Origin: Octopus vulgaris
Taxonomy: Eukaryota
DNA length: 64,000 nucleotides
Direction of reading: 5' to 3'
Assembly (NCBI GenBank): GCA_951406725.2
Contig: OX597832.1
Location: forward strand, 59,892,001-59,956,000
The notes beneath the pieces were generated by a model. That model was not told the DNA's origin and made no database searches. It saw only the letters and a list, made by a program, of their open reading frames with translations. Every line of letters begins with the position of its first letter. Position 1 is the stretch's first letter. Shown here piece after piece: positions 1 to 13,569 of the stretch. Made by a program: the position numbers and the translations under genes.

Positions 1-632
1 GTGCTACTGTTATAGTAGCGCTGTCAAGAAAAATATATCACAGTTAGTTCTCTGGGCTTAGAATCAAATTTTAAGCGAACATTTCCAGTGTTTGTAGTTT
101 TAGATTAAATTTTGGTGAGATTTTTCAACGATTCTTTTCATGTCTACATTTGTAGTCAGTTTCAAAATGAAATAAATATAAAGAAAACATGGACGATGTT
201 AAACATTAAAGAGAAACTTGTATAAAAATCTCGACAAATCCTAACGTTTGGGTTGTCGGATCGAGAAATAAATACTAGCAAAGTGTGATCGAAAATACTT
301 GAAAATAAAGCATAACAAAATAAATTAAATAACAAGCAAAAGAGAAGCCTTAAAAGGCATTGTTATTGGCCACGGTTTTTTTGTGTGTGTTGGGGTGTGT
401 GTTTTTTGGAGGCGAAGGTGTTTCTGTGATTTTCGTTTAGTTTTCTCTTATTTGTGAATTAAATTGTTCCCAACACCTTAATGATGCATTAGGAAATCGA
501 ATGTCCAAAGATAAAAATAAAGAATAAATTAATAAATTTAAATAAAAGAGCGGAGCAGATTTTACTGAGCCTTAAATCATTAACTCATTGTCAAGGTTCT
601 CAAAGTATCTAAGTGAATGCCTTGTGGTGCAA

Positions 633-1093
<461 letters not shown>

Positions 1094-1097
1094 TGGC

Positions 1098-1306
1098 TTC
1101 AAATTTTGGCACAAGGCGAGCGAGTCCGGGGGAGGGTGTAAATCGACTACATCGACCCCAGTGCGTAACTGGTACTTATTTTATCGACCATGAGATGGTG
1201 AAAAGCAAAATCGATTCCGGGGACATTTGAAATCAGGACGTAAAGACGGACGAAATGCTGCCAAGCATTTTGTCCGGCGCGGTAACGCTTCTGCCAACTC
1301 GCCGCC
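1098..1306 (-). mobile_element. SINE family A (tRNA-derived head, ...GTCGATAAA..AAGTACCAG core), diverged copy
   Basis: Minus strand starts GGCGGCGAGTTGGCAGAAGCG (A-box-like) and contains GTCGATAAAATAAGTACCAG and the tail CCTTGTGCCAAAATTTGAA. Matches more than 15 other copies in the window. Confidence 0.85.
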
Positions 1307-1477
1307 ATTACAGCATATAAACAATAAAAGCAGGTAGTAGTAGCAGCAGCAGCGGCAAAAGTAGTAGTAGTATTAGTAGTAGTAGTAGTAGTAGTAGTAT
1401 GAATAATATTGATAATAATAATAAAAAGACTATTAGAATGATAAATATAATGTGACAACATCAACAACAACAACAAC

Positions 1478-1545
<68 letters not shown>

Positions 1546-2257
1546 GAGCAAAAAATTTAAAGAAAACAATAACAGAACAACAAAAACAAAAAGAAAACAT
1601 TGCGTAAGTTGCATAATTTATCAAATTTATTTGCTTTCGAGACATTTATAGTATAATTGCTAGTTTTATAACAGGGTTTCTGCCATTTTATGTGTTTTAG
1701 CATCAAAATATGTTAAACAGGGTGTACAGGCGGGGGTTGGCATGTTTCTTTGGTAAACATTGATGCTAGAGTGATACCATAAAACGGAGCTAGCATCACG
1801 CTTTCTCGGTCAAAAACATTTACTGTTTGTTAAAAAAAATAAAAGAATTGCCTCTGAAGATTTGCACAGCGTGTTTATCTCTCTTTTATTCCGGTGAAAC
1901 ACGGTTCCAATGATATTCTAAAGCAAGATTTTGGTCATGCGACAATTTCCCTTTCTACCCGGGTGTGTGGTAGTGGATGGATTTGGTTGCTGTGTCATAT
2001 GACTGATTGTTTCGTATTTATTTTTATTTTCATTTTTATTTTTTTTGCTTTTGTCTTTTTTGTTTCTCTGACGTGACTCAGATTTGAAGGGCGCTGAAGT
2101 CTAAGGGAGACATTGATGGTAACTAGGTAGGTGGATGCATGTTTGTTATTCTTTATCATTGTTTGAAAATTAGGGTGCCAAATATATCTTGCCATACTTT
2201 ATTTTCCATTAACAGAAAAGGTACAGTGGGTGAAGTTGAGGCATCTCCACGGTCCTA

Positions 2258-2615
2258 TGACCTGCTAGAAATAGTAGACAATTTTTTTCTAATTTCCTGT
2301 AAAAGTAGCCAAATCTTACAAGTCACTCACTGAAATAGCAGGAACCAAATCTACCTCATATAGAATCTACCTCAAAGAAAAGATTTGGCTGCTATTTCAG
2401 CGTGTTATTTGAGGTAGATTTCAGCGCTACTCTAGAGAGTTATTTGAGGAAGATTTGGTTGGTATTTCATAGCGTAAATTGAGGTAGATTTGGCTGCTAT
2501 TTCAGTGTATTATTTGGGGGTAGATTCAGCGCTATTCTAAGACGTTATCTAAGGTAGATTCGGTTGCTATTTCATAGACTAAATTGAGGTAGGTTTGGCT
2601 GCTATTTCAGTGTGT
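2258..2615. repeat. Minisatellite-like array of ~35-bp subunits (GAGGTAGATTTGGCTGCTATTTCAG) with ~105-bp higher-order period, preceded by inverted copies
   Basis: (G)TTTGGCTGCTATTTCAG recurs at ~2382, ~2487 and ~2592. Reverse-complement units (GAAATAGCAGGAACCAAATCTACCTC) lie at 2258-2372. Confidence 0.8.
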
Positions 2616-3379
2616 TGTTTTAATTGAGCATTGCAAATAGGGTGGTACCCAATGCCACGTGGTTCTATGGAATTACATCCCGAAAGTTTCTCTCTATGGT
2701 ATAAACATGTATATGCTTTCTTGAGTGGTAAGACTAAATTGCAGGTTGACCGTTGTTACACTATATCGGTTCGACCGACCTTCGTTCTAGAATTTGATGC
2801 AAGGCTGAACTACCACAGAAAATCTGCAGATAACGGTGAAATCGCATGACACGGTATTACCATCTACTTGTGCAGACGATTATTTCGTCAGCCCATCTAG
2901 TCAATCCTTAATGTGGTCAGCATGAGGTCGTATATCCGGACGTTTATAACAGCTTAAAGGTGATCTAGTAAACACACCCGATATGTTAATTATTAAAGAT
3001 TAACTCCATTGCGGATTAGTAAGAGTAAAACGCTATCTACTACCGAATATTTTACTTAATCACGTATGTAACTCAAGTACAGTCGTTTAGCTTACGAAAC
3101 CAGTGAATATAAGCAACACTCCCAACTGCTTATTTCGTACGTCCAAATCATGGATATCGGTTAGCATTTAGGCATAAACGTTTGTTTTGGTTTTCTTTTA
3201 TTATAAATCTAGGACGTAACACCACAATATCAATTTACGGTAGAATAAGTTCAACTTAAAAATTTAATGACTTCCAGGAATAATGAATTCGTAGAAAAAG
3301 AAAACAAGTTGATTATATAAGCCGAAAGCTGTAAGTATGTTATTTGGTTTTAAAATGCAAGTTTAGGAATATAATATAA

Positions 3380-4667
<1,288 letters not shown>

Positions 4668-4724
4668 TAGATATATACGAGAGCCAGAGCGAAAATGGGA
4701 AATGGGAATTTTTTATTTCTAACC

Positions 4725-5106
4725 AAATTTTGGCACAAATACAGAAAGTTAGGGGACGGGTTACAAAGATTACATCGACACCAGTGCTAAACTCGTACTT
4801 ATTTCATTGACGCCGAAACGCTGAAAGACAAACTCCACCTCGGGAGAATTTGAACTCTGAACATAAAGACAGAAGAAATTCGATTAAGTATTTTGCCCGC
4901 CGTGCCAGCGATTCTGCCAGTTCACCACCTTGATAATTATTTCAGACTTTTGCCTCAAGGCAGCTTGGGGAAGGTGGAGATAAGTCGATTATATCGACCC
5001 CCATTGTTCAACTACTACACCGGCCTAGGTGGAATTTGAACTCAGAACGTGGCGACGGGCTAATCATTTAGTCCAGCATGCTAACGATTCTGCCAGCTCA
5101 CCGTCT
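4725..5106 (-). mobile_element. Two tandem diverged SINE A copies (4725-4930 and 4947-5106, the latter internally deleted)
   Basis: Plus strand shows GAATTTGAACTC (reverse complement of the B-box GAGTTCAAATTC) and GATTCTGCCAG twice. Confidence 0.75.
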
Positions 5107-5152
5107 TATTCGCCACCTTAATAATAATAATAATAATTATTATTATTATTAC

Positions 5153-5240
<88 letters not shown>

Positions 5241-5319
5241 GTTATTAATATTATTATTATTATTATTATTATTGTTATTGTTATTGTTGTTGTTGTTGTT
5301 GATGTTGTTATTGTTATCA

Positions 5320-5358
<39 letters not shown>

Positions 5359-5400
5359 TCTATGTTTAACTTTTGCTTTATGTCTGTACAAGTTGGCTCC

Positions 5401-6160
5401 AAGAGCACTATTCTGGTAGCTCAAGACCAAACTTAGGCCGCGAAATGGAGGGTCAACCATAGGAATGAGCAAGTGTCTCCGCTGTGATACATCTACAATA
5501 GAGTGTATGAAACCGTTGCCCATAGCACGAACGAATGCCCTAGACTGGCCCCAAACCACAAGTTGTGGCGATACGATCAAGTATCGAAAGTGCTACATTG
5601 GAAACTGTGCGAAAAGTAGTGGCTAAAGAGAGACAAGGCGGGGTATGGGCACATACTGCAGAGAGTGGCGGAGTCGGGATTTCCCAATACTCTGGGATTT
5701 CCCAATCCAACAGGTCAGATACTACAGCATTACAGATCGGACCTAGTGGTGGTGGACAAGATGCACCACATAAGCTACATAGATGATGTGGCAAGCCCCT
5801 TTGGCCCATGAATAGTCAAGAAGAAAGGCGAAAAGGCAGATGAATTATAACCCTCTTAAGTGCGAAATAGCCCGGCTATGGAAAATGAAGAAGGATGTGG
5901 ATAGTGCCAATTATTGTTGAGTCGTTGGGAACAGTAGCAGAAGGCATCAATTGGAATATACACGAAATTGGAATTAAGTGACCAGTAGAACTGTTACAAA
6001 AGGTTTGCCTCCTTGGCACGGACAGAATAATCAGGAAAGTATTTGATAGCTGAAAAGAATGAATAGCATGGTACCTTGGGCTGCAGGTAGTAAACCTGGT
6101 ACGCATGTAAGGCTCCAGGATCTTCAACAAAACCTGTGATAAAGAGAAATGAAAATAATA
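5401..6160 (+). pseudogene. 5'-truncated R4/Dong-like non-LTR retrotransposon: decayed CCHC zinc knuckle + restriction-like endonuclease + 3' UTR
   Basis: Manual translation across stops and frameshifts gives STILVAQDQ...ETVAHSTNECPRLA..WRYDQVSKVLHWKLCEK...ILWDFPIQ...HYRSDLVVVDK...DDVASPF...IVPIIVESLGTV...ELLQKVCLLGTDRIIRKVF*, ending in an AAT/GAT tail. Confidence 0.85.
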
Positions 6161-6199
<39 letters not shown>

Positions 6200-6415
6200 T
6201 TGATGATGATGATGATGATGATGATGATATTAATAATAATAATAATAATAATAACAACAACAACAGTGATGATGATGAGAAGAAGAAGAAGAAGAAGAAG
6301 AAGGAGGAGGAGGAGGAGGAGAAGAAGAAGAAGAAGAAGAAGAAGAAGAAGAAGAAGAAGAAGAAGAAAAACAACAACAACAACAACAACAACATCAATA
6401 ACAACAACAACAACG
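6153..6415. repeat. Compound trinucleotide tract (GAT, AAT, AAC, AAG, GAG)
   Basis: Directly visible. Confidence 0.97.
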
Positions 6416-6887
6416 ATATAAAGGATTTTATGGTGAAAGAAAGGCAGACGATTCAATCGAATCTCGGTATTTCTTTGGAGTTTATCTTGTCGACTTCCAT
6501 CCAGCAACTATGACGCCCGACGTCAAACCCACTGGGATACGAGCCAGAAGAGGAACAAGAAAGAAAAAAAGAAAGCGTAATTAGGTCCCTTGGAAATAAT
6601 AGCATAATTAATTGGATGCTGAGTAATTAAAATAATTACATGGAATAGAATATATACATAAATAATTAAAAAACCAAATTCATATAACACATATATCTGA
6701 AATTACATTTCGGTTTAGCTTTTTGTCCAGACCCCAGCACGAATTGTGTATACACGCATACACCGTATTTCCCCTCTCTATGAATAACTGAAGCCTGTTG
6801 TGTGTAGAATCTTCCTTAAGGAACTCCTGCATCAGTGTAGGTGAGCAATAGCCTAAATCCTTTTTGGTTACTGACATTTAAAATAAC

Positions 6888-7672
6888 CTTTTCTGCTCTA
6901 GGCGCAAGGCCCAAAATTTTGAGGTAGTGTGGGGGAGCAGTCGATTAGATCGACTCCAATACGCAACTGGTACTTAATTTATCGACCATGAAAGGATGAA
7001 AGGCAAAGTCAACCTCGGCGGAATTTGGACTCAGAACATAAAGACAGACAAAATAGCGCTAAGTATTTCGCCCGGTGTGCTAACGCTTCTTCCAGCTCGC
7101 CGTTTTAAATATTCTTTTCTACTCAAGGGACAAGGCCGAAAATTTGTGGGGTAGGGGCCAGTCAATTAGATCGACTCCAGTACGCAATTGGTACTTAATT
7201 TATCGACCAGGGAAGGATGAAGGCAAAGTCGACCTCGGCGGAATTTGAACTAAAGACAGACCCACAAGGGGCTAAACATAAGACAAACAGGCGATATAAT
7301 TAAGTCGATTACATAGTGCGTAACCGGTACTTAATTTATCGACCCTGAAAGGATGAAAGACAATGTCGACCTCGGCGGAATTTGAACTCAGAACGTAAAG
7401 ACAGACGAAACACCGCTAAGCATTTCGTCCGGCGGGTTAACATTTCTGCCAGCTCGCCGCCTTTGACATTTAAAATAATATAAATACTCTCGGAAGCTGA
7501 TATTTCTTTAAGGCAAGGCAACGAGCTGAAAGAACCCTTAGCACACCGGGCAAAATGCTTAGTTGCGTTCCGTCCATCTTTACGTTCTGAGTTTAAATTC
7601 CACCGAGGTTGATGTAATCGACTATTTGCTTCCCGTACATTTCAGGCTTTGTACCTATAGAAGAAAGGATTA
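6888..7672. mobile_element. Cluster of four SINE A copies (minus 6888-7104, 7113-7250 partial, 7255-7461; plus 7515-7672)
   Basis: Repeated GGTACTTAATTTATCGACC...GACCTCGGCGGAATTTGAAC blocks. The last copy is in the opposite orientation. Confidence 0.85.
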
Positions 7673-7898
7673 TAATCATTATTCAGTAGTCTTATTTTTT
7701 TATCTCAGGCCTTTACTGCACTACCGATCAGTGCAGTAAATAACTCTAATTGATACAACAATTAGAAGGTATTTTTATCTTGGTGACCTCTGACAACTAT
7801 ATCCGGTCTATTAACCTGGATCTCTCTATCCGTATGTATAGGCATATCCCAGAGTATGGTTGCTTTCTCATTTTCTGAGACCTTTTCTGGGATATACC
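7672..7898 (-). pseudogene. Internally deleted R4/Dong-like RLE LINE fragment
   Basis: ORF track gives PEKVSENEKATILWDMPIHTDREIQVNRPDIVV (RPD motif of the RLE domain). It then jumps to a 3' tail (GCAGTAAAGGCCTGAGATAAAAAAAATAAGACTACTGAATAAT) matching 10185-10225. Confidence 0.85.
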
Positions 7899-7997
<99 letters not shown>

Positions 7998-8003
7998 AAT
8001 TAA

Positions 8004-8076
<73 letters not shown>

Positions 8077-8612
8077 GAGTGAGAGAGCAGTGCATGCCAT
8101 CAAAGCGACATTGGGGTAAAAGATACGAAGCTTAGTATACCCATCATGACAATCCGTCTAATAAGGGCACACCACGCACATGCATCACAACCATATGTGC
8201 GCGACATGGTGACCTCATATCAAGATAAACAGCTTATGACCTTGCAGGTGGGGCCCAGTTAGAATTTTCTTCTGGTCGAGTAGCCCATCCCGCTCAAAAG
8301 GTCCCTGAACAAAGATTGTTTTAAGAATGTTGAATGAACCACCCATGTTTCCAAAGGTGAATTATCCAAATCTCCAAGAATTCCTTTCAACACACGGCTA
8401 TAATGCTCCCCCACTACTTCTGCTCGTGATCAGAGATGCACATATCATCAGCCACTAAGGGACATACTCAACTGGTTAAGGTCAAACAACAGACAAGCAA
8501 ATCTGTGGTATTGAGCAGAATAGTTGCTGTAGCCAAGACAAAACAATGTACATGATAACACTTCCAGTCAGTTAAAATCAGAAGCCATGAGAGCCACTAC
8601 ATCAGGGCATTT
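8077..8612 (-). mobile_element. ~530-bp non-coding interspersed element (family E) bounded on both sides by (AAT)n
   Basis: Homologous segments at 10365-10615 (+) and 14188-14290 (+). No ORF and no tRNA head. Ends ...GCTCTCTCACTC(AAT)n. Confidence 0.75.
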
Positions 8613-8623
8613 TATTATTATTA

Positions 8624-8691
<68 letters not shown>

Positions 8692-8712
8692 ATTATTATT
8701 ATTATTATTATT

Positions 8713-9053
8713 ATTCTATGTTTAACTTTTGCTTTATGTCTGTACAAGTTGGCTCCAAGTCTCACCCAGAGACCTCAAGAGACAACAGGTTGGAAGTTCT
8801 GTGCCATATATTTGGGAGGTTTTTTTGTTGTTTTTTTGTGTTGTACTAGTGAATGTCTAATACATAAAAATAAAATAAATAAATAAAAATAAATAAATAA
8901 AAATAAAAAAAGTTTGTTTTAAACATAGAGAGTATTTTGCGTAGGATATGAGCAGTTCCCATGAGCACTATCTTTTGAATTTCTGCCATTTTGGGGTTTC
9001 CTGGTATCTGAGTTAGGTAGCAATCAGTCCCTTTCGCTATCATTCCCAGGGCA
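8713..9053 (-). pseudogene. R4/Dong-like RLE LINE C-terminus + 3' UTR
   Basis: Translates ALGMIAKGTDCYLTQIPGNPKMAEIQKIVLMGTAHILRKILSM. The 3' UTR ends CATAAAGCAAAAGTTAAACATAG(AAT)n. TAA tracts on both sides. Confidence 0.88.
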
Positions 9054-9064
9054 CATTATTATTA

Positions 9065-9106
<42 letters not shown>

Positions 9107-9199
9107 GCAGTAACGATGACGTACACCGTTTAATTATCCGTTCTGTCAGATCACAAGCCGTGCTCTAGGATAACTTGAATTCTTACCCATTCACTTTAT

Positions 9200-9690
9200 T
9201 CATAAAATCCCTTTCTGCTGTTCATTCTTGTCCTTGAACTGTACCGAGAACTTTCCATACAATTCTTGCTGATGGAAATAAACAAGTTTCGCAGAATTAC
9301 ATCTACTACATACATACCCGTGTGAAAATCTGCCTTTCTTAGGCTTTGCTCTCAAATTCCTTGTCACTGTTCCCAAAGCTACTGCGATAATTGGCAGGAT
9401 CATGACCTTGGTAACACGTCTATTCCTGTATTTGAGAATTTCGCCTCTATGTCGGTATAACACTTTACTTTTTCCGTTTCCTTTTTCCTAACTCTGATAT
9501 CAAATGGGCATTGCCAGCCAATTACAAGACACGCTTCCTTCTCCTTCTTGTCAACGAGCACAATATCCGGTTTGTTGTGTTCCATTCTACTTTGGGTTCC
9601 TACAGAAAACTCCTATAACAACCACAATTTCTCGTTTTCAAGGATTTTCTTTCCTGTTCCTGGAAAATAGTGGTTGCTCCTTTCAGAAAC
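9200..9690 (-). pseudogene. Older R4/Dong-like RLE fragment
   Basis: MEHNKPDIVLVDKKEKEACLVI..CPFDIRVRKKETEKVKCY and, in another frame, ILPIIAVALGTVTRNL. Confidence 0.8.
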
Positions 9691-9773
9691 ATGCTAAACC
9701 GAATTTCTTTCTACAATTTCAATGAATTATTGGCAACAATTTTCGAATATCCATAAAAGTGGAAGCCAGATAG

Positions 9774-9858
<85 letters not shown>

Positions 9859-9891
9859 CGACAACAACAACAACAACAACAGCAACAACAA

Positions 9892-10220
9892 TAGAGAAAC
9901 TTTTAAAACACAAAGATCTGGAAACAGAGGTAACTCGAATGTGGAGCGTAAAAGCTGAAACAATTCCCATCATAATAGGCGTATTAGATATGATACAAAA
10001 AAAAAAACATTCAGATAAATACATGGCAAAAACACTAGGACTAACAAGTATATATAACATACAGAAAATAGCACTACCAGGCACCAGACATATTCTACGT
10101 AAAACATTTTACTACAGTAAAAATAAGAGGACCAACAATAAACCACAGCACCTACCCAAGGCACACAGAGCTGCGCTCCGTAATGCAGTGAAAGCACGTG
10201 ATAAAACTAAGACTACTGAA
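9892..10220 (+). pseudogene. R4/Dong-like RLE LINE C-terminus + 3' UTR
   Basis: EKLLKHKDLETEVTRMWSVKAETIPIIIGVLDMI...IYNIQKIALPGTRHILRKTF. Flanked by (AAT/AAC)n at 9773-9892 and (AAT)n at 10219-10307. Confidence 0.88.
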
Positions 10221-10240
10221 TAATAATAATAATAATAAAC

Positions 10241-10307
<67 letters not shown>

Positions 10308-10309
<2 letters not shown>

Positions 10310-10615
10310 CAGTACAGTGCCCTGGTACAGTACCATGCTGTAGTGCAGTACCAACGCCCTGATGTAGTACCAATGCTCTGATGCAGTAGCAGGCAGTGGC
10401 TTGCATGGCTTCTGATCATAACTGATTGGAAATGTTATCCGGTACATGGTTTCTGTCTTGGTATGGGCTACAGCAAATATTCTGCTCAATACCACAGATT
10501 TGCTTGTCAGTTGTTTGACCTTAACCAATTGAGCATGTCCCTTGGTGGTTGACGACATGTGCATCTCTGATCACGGGCAGAAGTAGTAGGGAGCACCATA
10601 GCCATGTGTTGAGAA
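10308..10615 (+). mobile_element. 5' half of family E with a tandemly reiterated ~19-nt terminal unit
   Basis: Matches the reverse complement of ~8385-8612. AATGCCCTGATGCAGTACC-like unit repeated about 4 times at 10305-10390. Confidence 0.75.
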
Positions 10616-10896
10616 GAGTCGATGTAATCATAGCTTTTTTAAAGGATTTTTATTCCATGAGCAGCCCTCAAACGTCTCGCTATGGGGAATTATGCATTAT
10701 TGATTGATTTCTTTCATTTTTATTTCATTAGTCTTGTTTACACGCAAAACCCTCACAGCACACACTCACACACATACACCCACATTCTTTGTTTTGTCCT
10801 GTGCTGTTCAAAATGGTTGTTCTTAATGTAAAACCTTGTGGCTAATAATGAAATCGTTAGTATATGTTTTTTCTTCTTCTTCTTCTTCTTCTTCTT

Positions 10897-10952
<56 letters not shown>

Positions 10953-10953
10953 A

Positions 10954-11029
<76 letters not shown>

Positions 11030-11240
11030 GGGCGGTGAGTTAGCAGAATCGGTAGCACGCCTAACGAAATGCTTAGCGATATTTCGTCTGCCGCTACGTT
11101 CTGAGTTCAAATTCTGCCGAGGTCGACTTTATCTTTCATTCTTTCGGGATCGATTAAATAAGTACCAGTTACGCACTGGGGTCGATGTAATCGACTTAAT
11201 TCCCTCCCCTAAGATGCCCTTGTAGCAAAACATTTGAAAT
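11030..11240 (+). mobile_element. SINE A
   Basis: GGCGGTGAGTTAGCAGAATCGG...GAGTTCAAATTC...GATCGATTAAATAAGTACCAG. Preceded by (TTA)n. Confidence 0.9.
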
Positions 11241-12207
11241 TATAATAATAATTATCATTATACTCCTTCTTTCTCTTCTTTTTTCTTCTCATAATTAGTT
11301 ATATTTTTTTACGATTCTCCTTTGTTCTAGTTTTTTCTCGTATTTTATTAGTAATACTCTGTGTGCGTGTGTATGTATGTGTGTATATGTCCTGAGTTAT
11401 TGTGTGTGCTTTTATCTACATCCAAATAAATCTCTACATTTTTATAAATCAGTCATAAACAAAAAAATAGCAAAACAAATGGATGATTAAAATCTCACGC
11501 ATTATCCTCATATCAAATATTGAACTCGCAATATCCACTACCGAGGACAGTGATAGCAGCACAGTGATGCACTATATAGAATTCTCAGCATAAGAATGAA
11601 ACTAGTTGAAGGTAAGAAGAAAATCTACACAATGGACCAAACACAAGAACTCTGACAGTAACTAGCATGATGTCTTCAAGACTCTATGTTCGCAACGTAA
11701 ACCATGCCTATTGAACAAAGAAAGGTTAGCTGAGTTCTCTCTATGATGTCAAAAAACTCTACGGAGAAAGAAATTGAAAATTTGATAACAATTTGTAACC
11801 TGGTGTTGTTCAAACATAAACGCAAAATGGAAGATATCCAGGGGAGTTAGATACAGCAGAAAACAAACAATCTGGTCTATATTAGCGTTGTCAATGGAAT
11901 TGTTTAAGAAGAACAACTGCAAAAAAAGTGTCATGGAAGCAGAAACGGTAAGAGACAATAGTTAAAATACAACATGTTTTTTCAATTATGAGGTTGAAAG
12001 CGTTAAAAAAACATCCCTATAAACAGAGAATAATCATGGCATTGAAAGGAACAAACGTAAAAATTGAAACTGAAAAATAATGATGGCGAGGCTTAAAACA
12101 AGAATGAGCAGTGAACGAGGGACTAATTAAAGGATGTTTCTCCTTACGCTACCACCAAATAAACTCAATTTTGTTTTAATATTTAACTAATCAACTCATT
12201 AATATTG

Positions 12208-12596
12208 ATTTCAAATTTTGGCTCAAGGCCAGCAATTTCGGGTGAGGGGGGAAGTCGATTACAGCGACCACCAGTGCTCGCCTGGTACTTATTTTATCGA
12301 CCCCGAAAAGTAAAGTCGTTTTCGGCGGCATTTGAACTCAGAACACAAAGACAGATGAAATACCTATTTCTTTACTACCCACAAGGGACTAAACACAGAG
12401 AGGACAAACAAGGACAGACAAACGGATTAAGTCGATTATATCGACCTCAGTGCGTAACTGGTACTTATTTAATCGACCCCGAAAGGATGAAAGGCAAAGT
12501 CGACCTCGGCGGAATTTGAACTCAGAACGTAACGGTAGACGGATTACTGCTAAGCATTTCGCCCGGCGTGCTAACATTTCTGCCAGCTCACCGCCT
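12208..12596 (-). mobile_element. SINE A with headless tandem second unit
   Basis: Full unit at ~12360-12596 is joined through GAAATAGGTATTTC to a second unit that carries a different tail. Confidence 0.88.
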
Positions 12597-12659
12597 AGGT
12601 CGGTTAACATATCAACTATGTTTATAAATTGTTTTCAAATCACCTAATCCCGAAATATT

Positions 12660-13151
12660 GATTTAAAATTTTGGTACAAGCTATCAAGTTCTAGGGAGAG
12701 AGTAAGTCCATTACATCGGCCACAGTACTGAACTGGTACTTTATTTATCGACCCCTGAAAGAATGAAAAGCAAAGTCGACCTCGGTGGAATTTGAACTCA
12801 AAACGTAAAGTCAGACGAAATGCCGCAAAGCGTTTTGCCCCCACCCCGTGCTAACGATTCTGCCAGCTCGCACTTTCTAGTCCCCAAATATTAACATATC
12901 CTTGAATTAATTATATATTTTAATATCAGCGAAGAAGGTGGGGAAGGCGGCGAGCTGGCCGAAACGTTAGCACGCCGGGCGAAATGCTTAACTTTATTTT
13001 GTCTGTCTTTACGTTCAAATTTCGCTGAGGTTGACTTTGCCTTCCATTCTTTCAGGGTCGATAAATTAAGTACCAGTTACGCACTGGGGTCGAGGTAATC
13101 GACTATTATCTTCCTCTAAGATTGCTACCCTTGTGGCAAACTTTGAAATTA

Positions 13152-13191
<40 letters not shown>

Positions 13192-13402
13192 GGGCGGTGA
13201 GCTAGCAGAATCGTTAGCACACCTGGCGAAATGCTTAGCGATATTTCGTTTGTCGTTACATTCTGAGTTCAAATTCCGCCGAGGTCGACTTTACCTTTCA
13301 TCCTTTCGGGGTCGATAAATTAAGTACCAGATTGGGTTGATCTAATCAACTGGCCCTCTCCCCACAAAATTTCGGGCCTTGTGTCCAGATTAGAAAAGAA
13401 TA
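12660..13402. mobile_element. Three further SINE A copies (minus 12660-12870; plus 12946-13148 and 13192-13402)
   Basis: Same head and core motifs. (ATT)n lies between the two plus-strand copies. Confidence 0.88.
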
Positions 13403-13569
13403 TCAGCTAAGAAACTGGTATTAAGTACAGGGTATTCGGGAGAAATTTGATAGTTTGCATGAAAGGCAAAAAAAAAAAAAAAAAAAAACTAAATAGCACA
13501 TCCAAAAACATAAGTACATTACAAAATCAAAAACCATCAACTAGATTATGGCTGGGAGATAACAGTCCA

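Noticed and set aside
2380-2615. Regularly spaced ~35-bp repeats superficially like a CRISPR array
   Set aside because: Units are contiguous and degenerate with no unique spacers, there are no cas genes, and the context is eukaryotic.
11630-12060. Purine-rich stretch that might be a decayed LINE ORF
   Set aside because: No convincing motif could be read in any frame.
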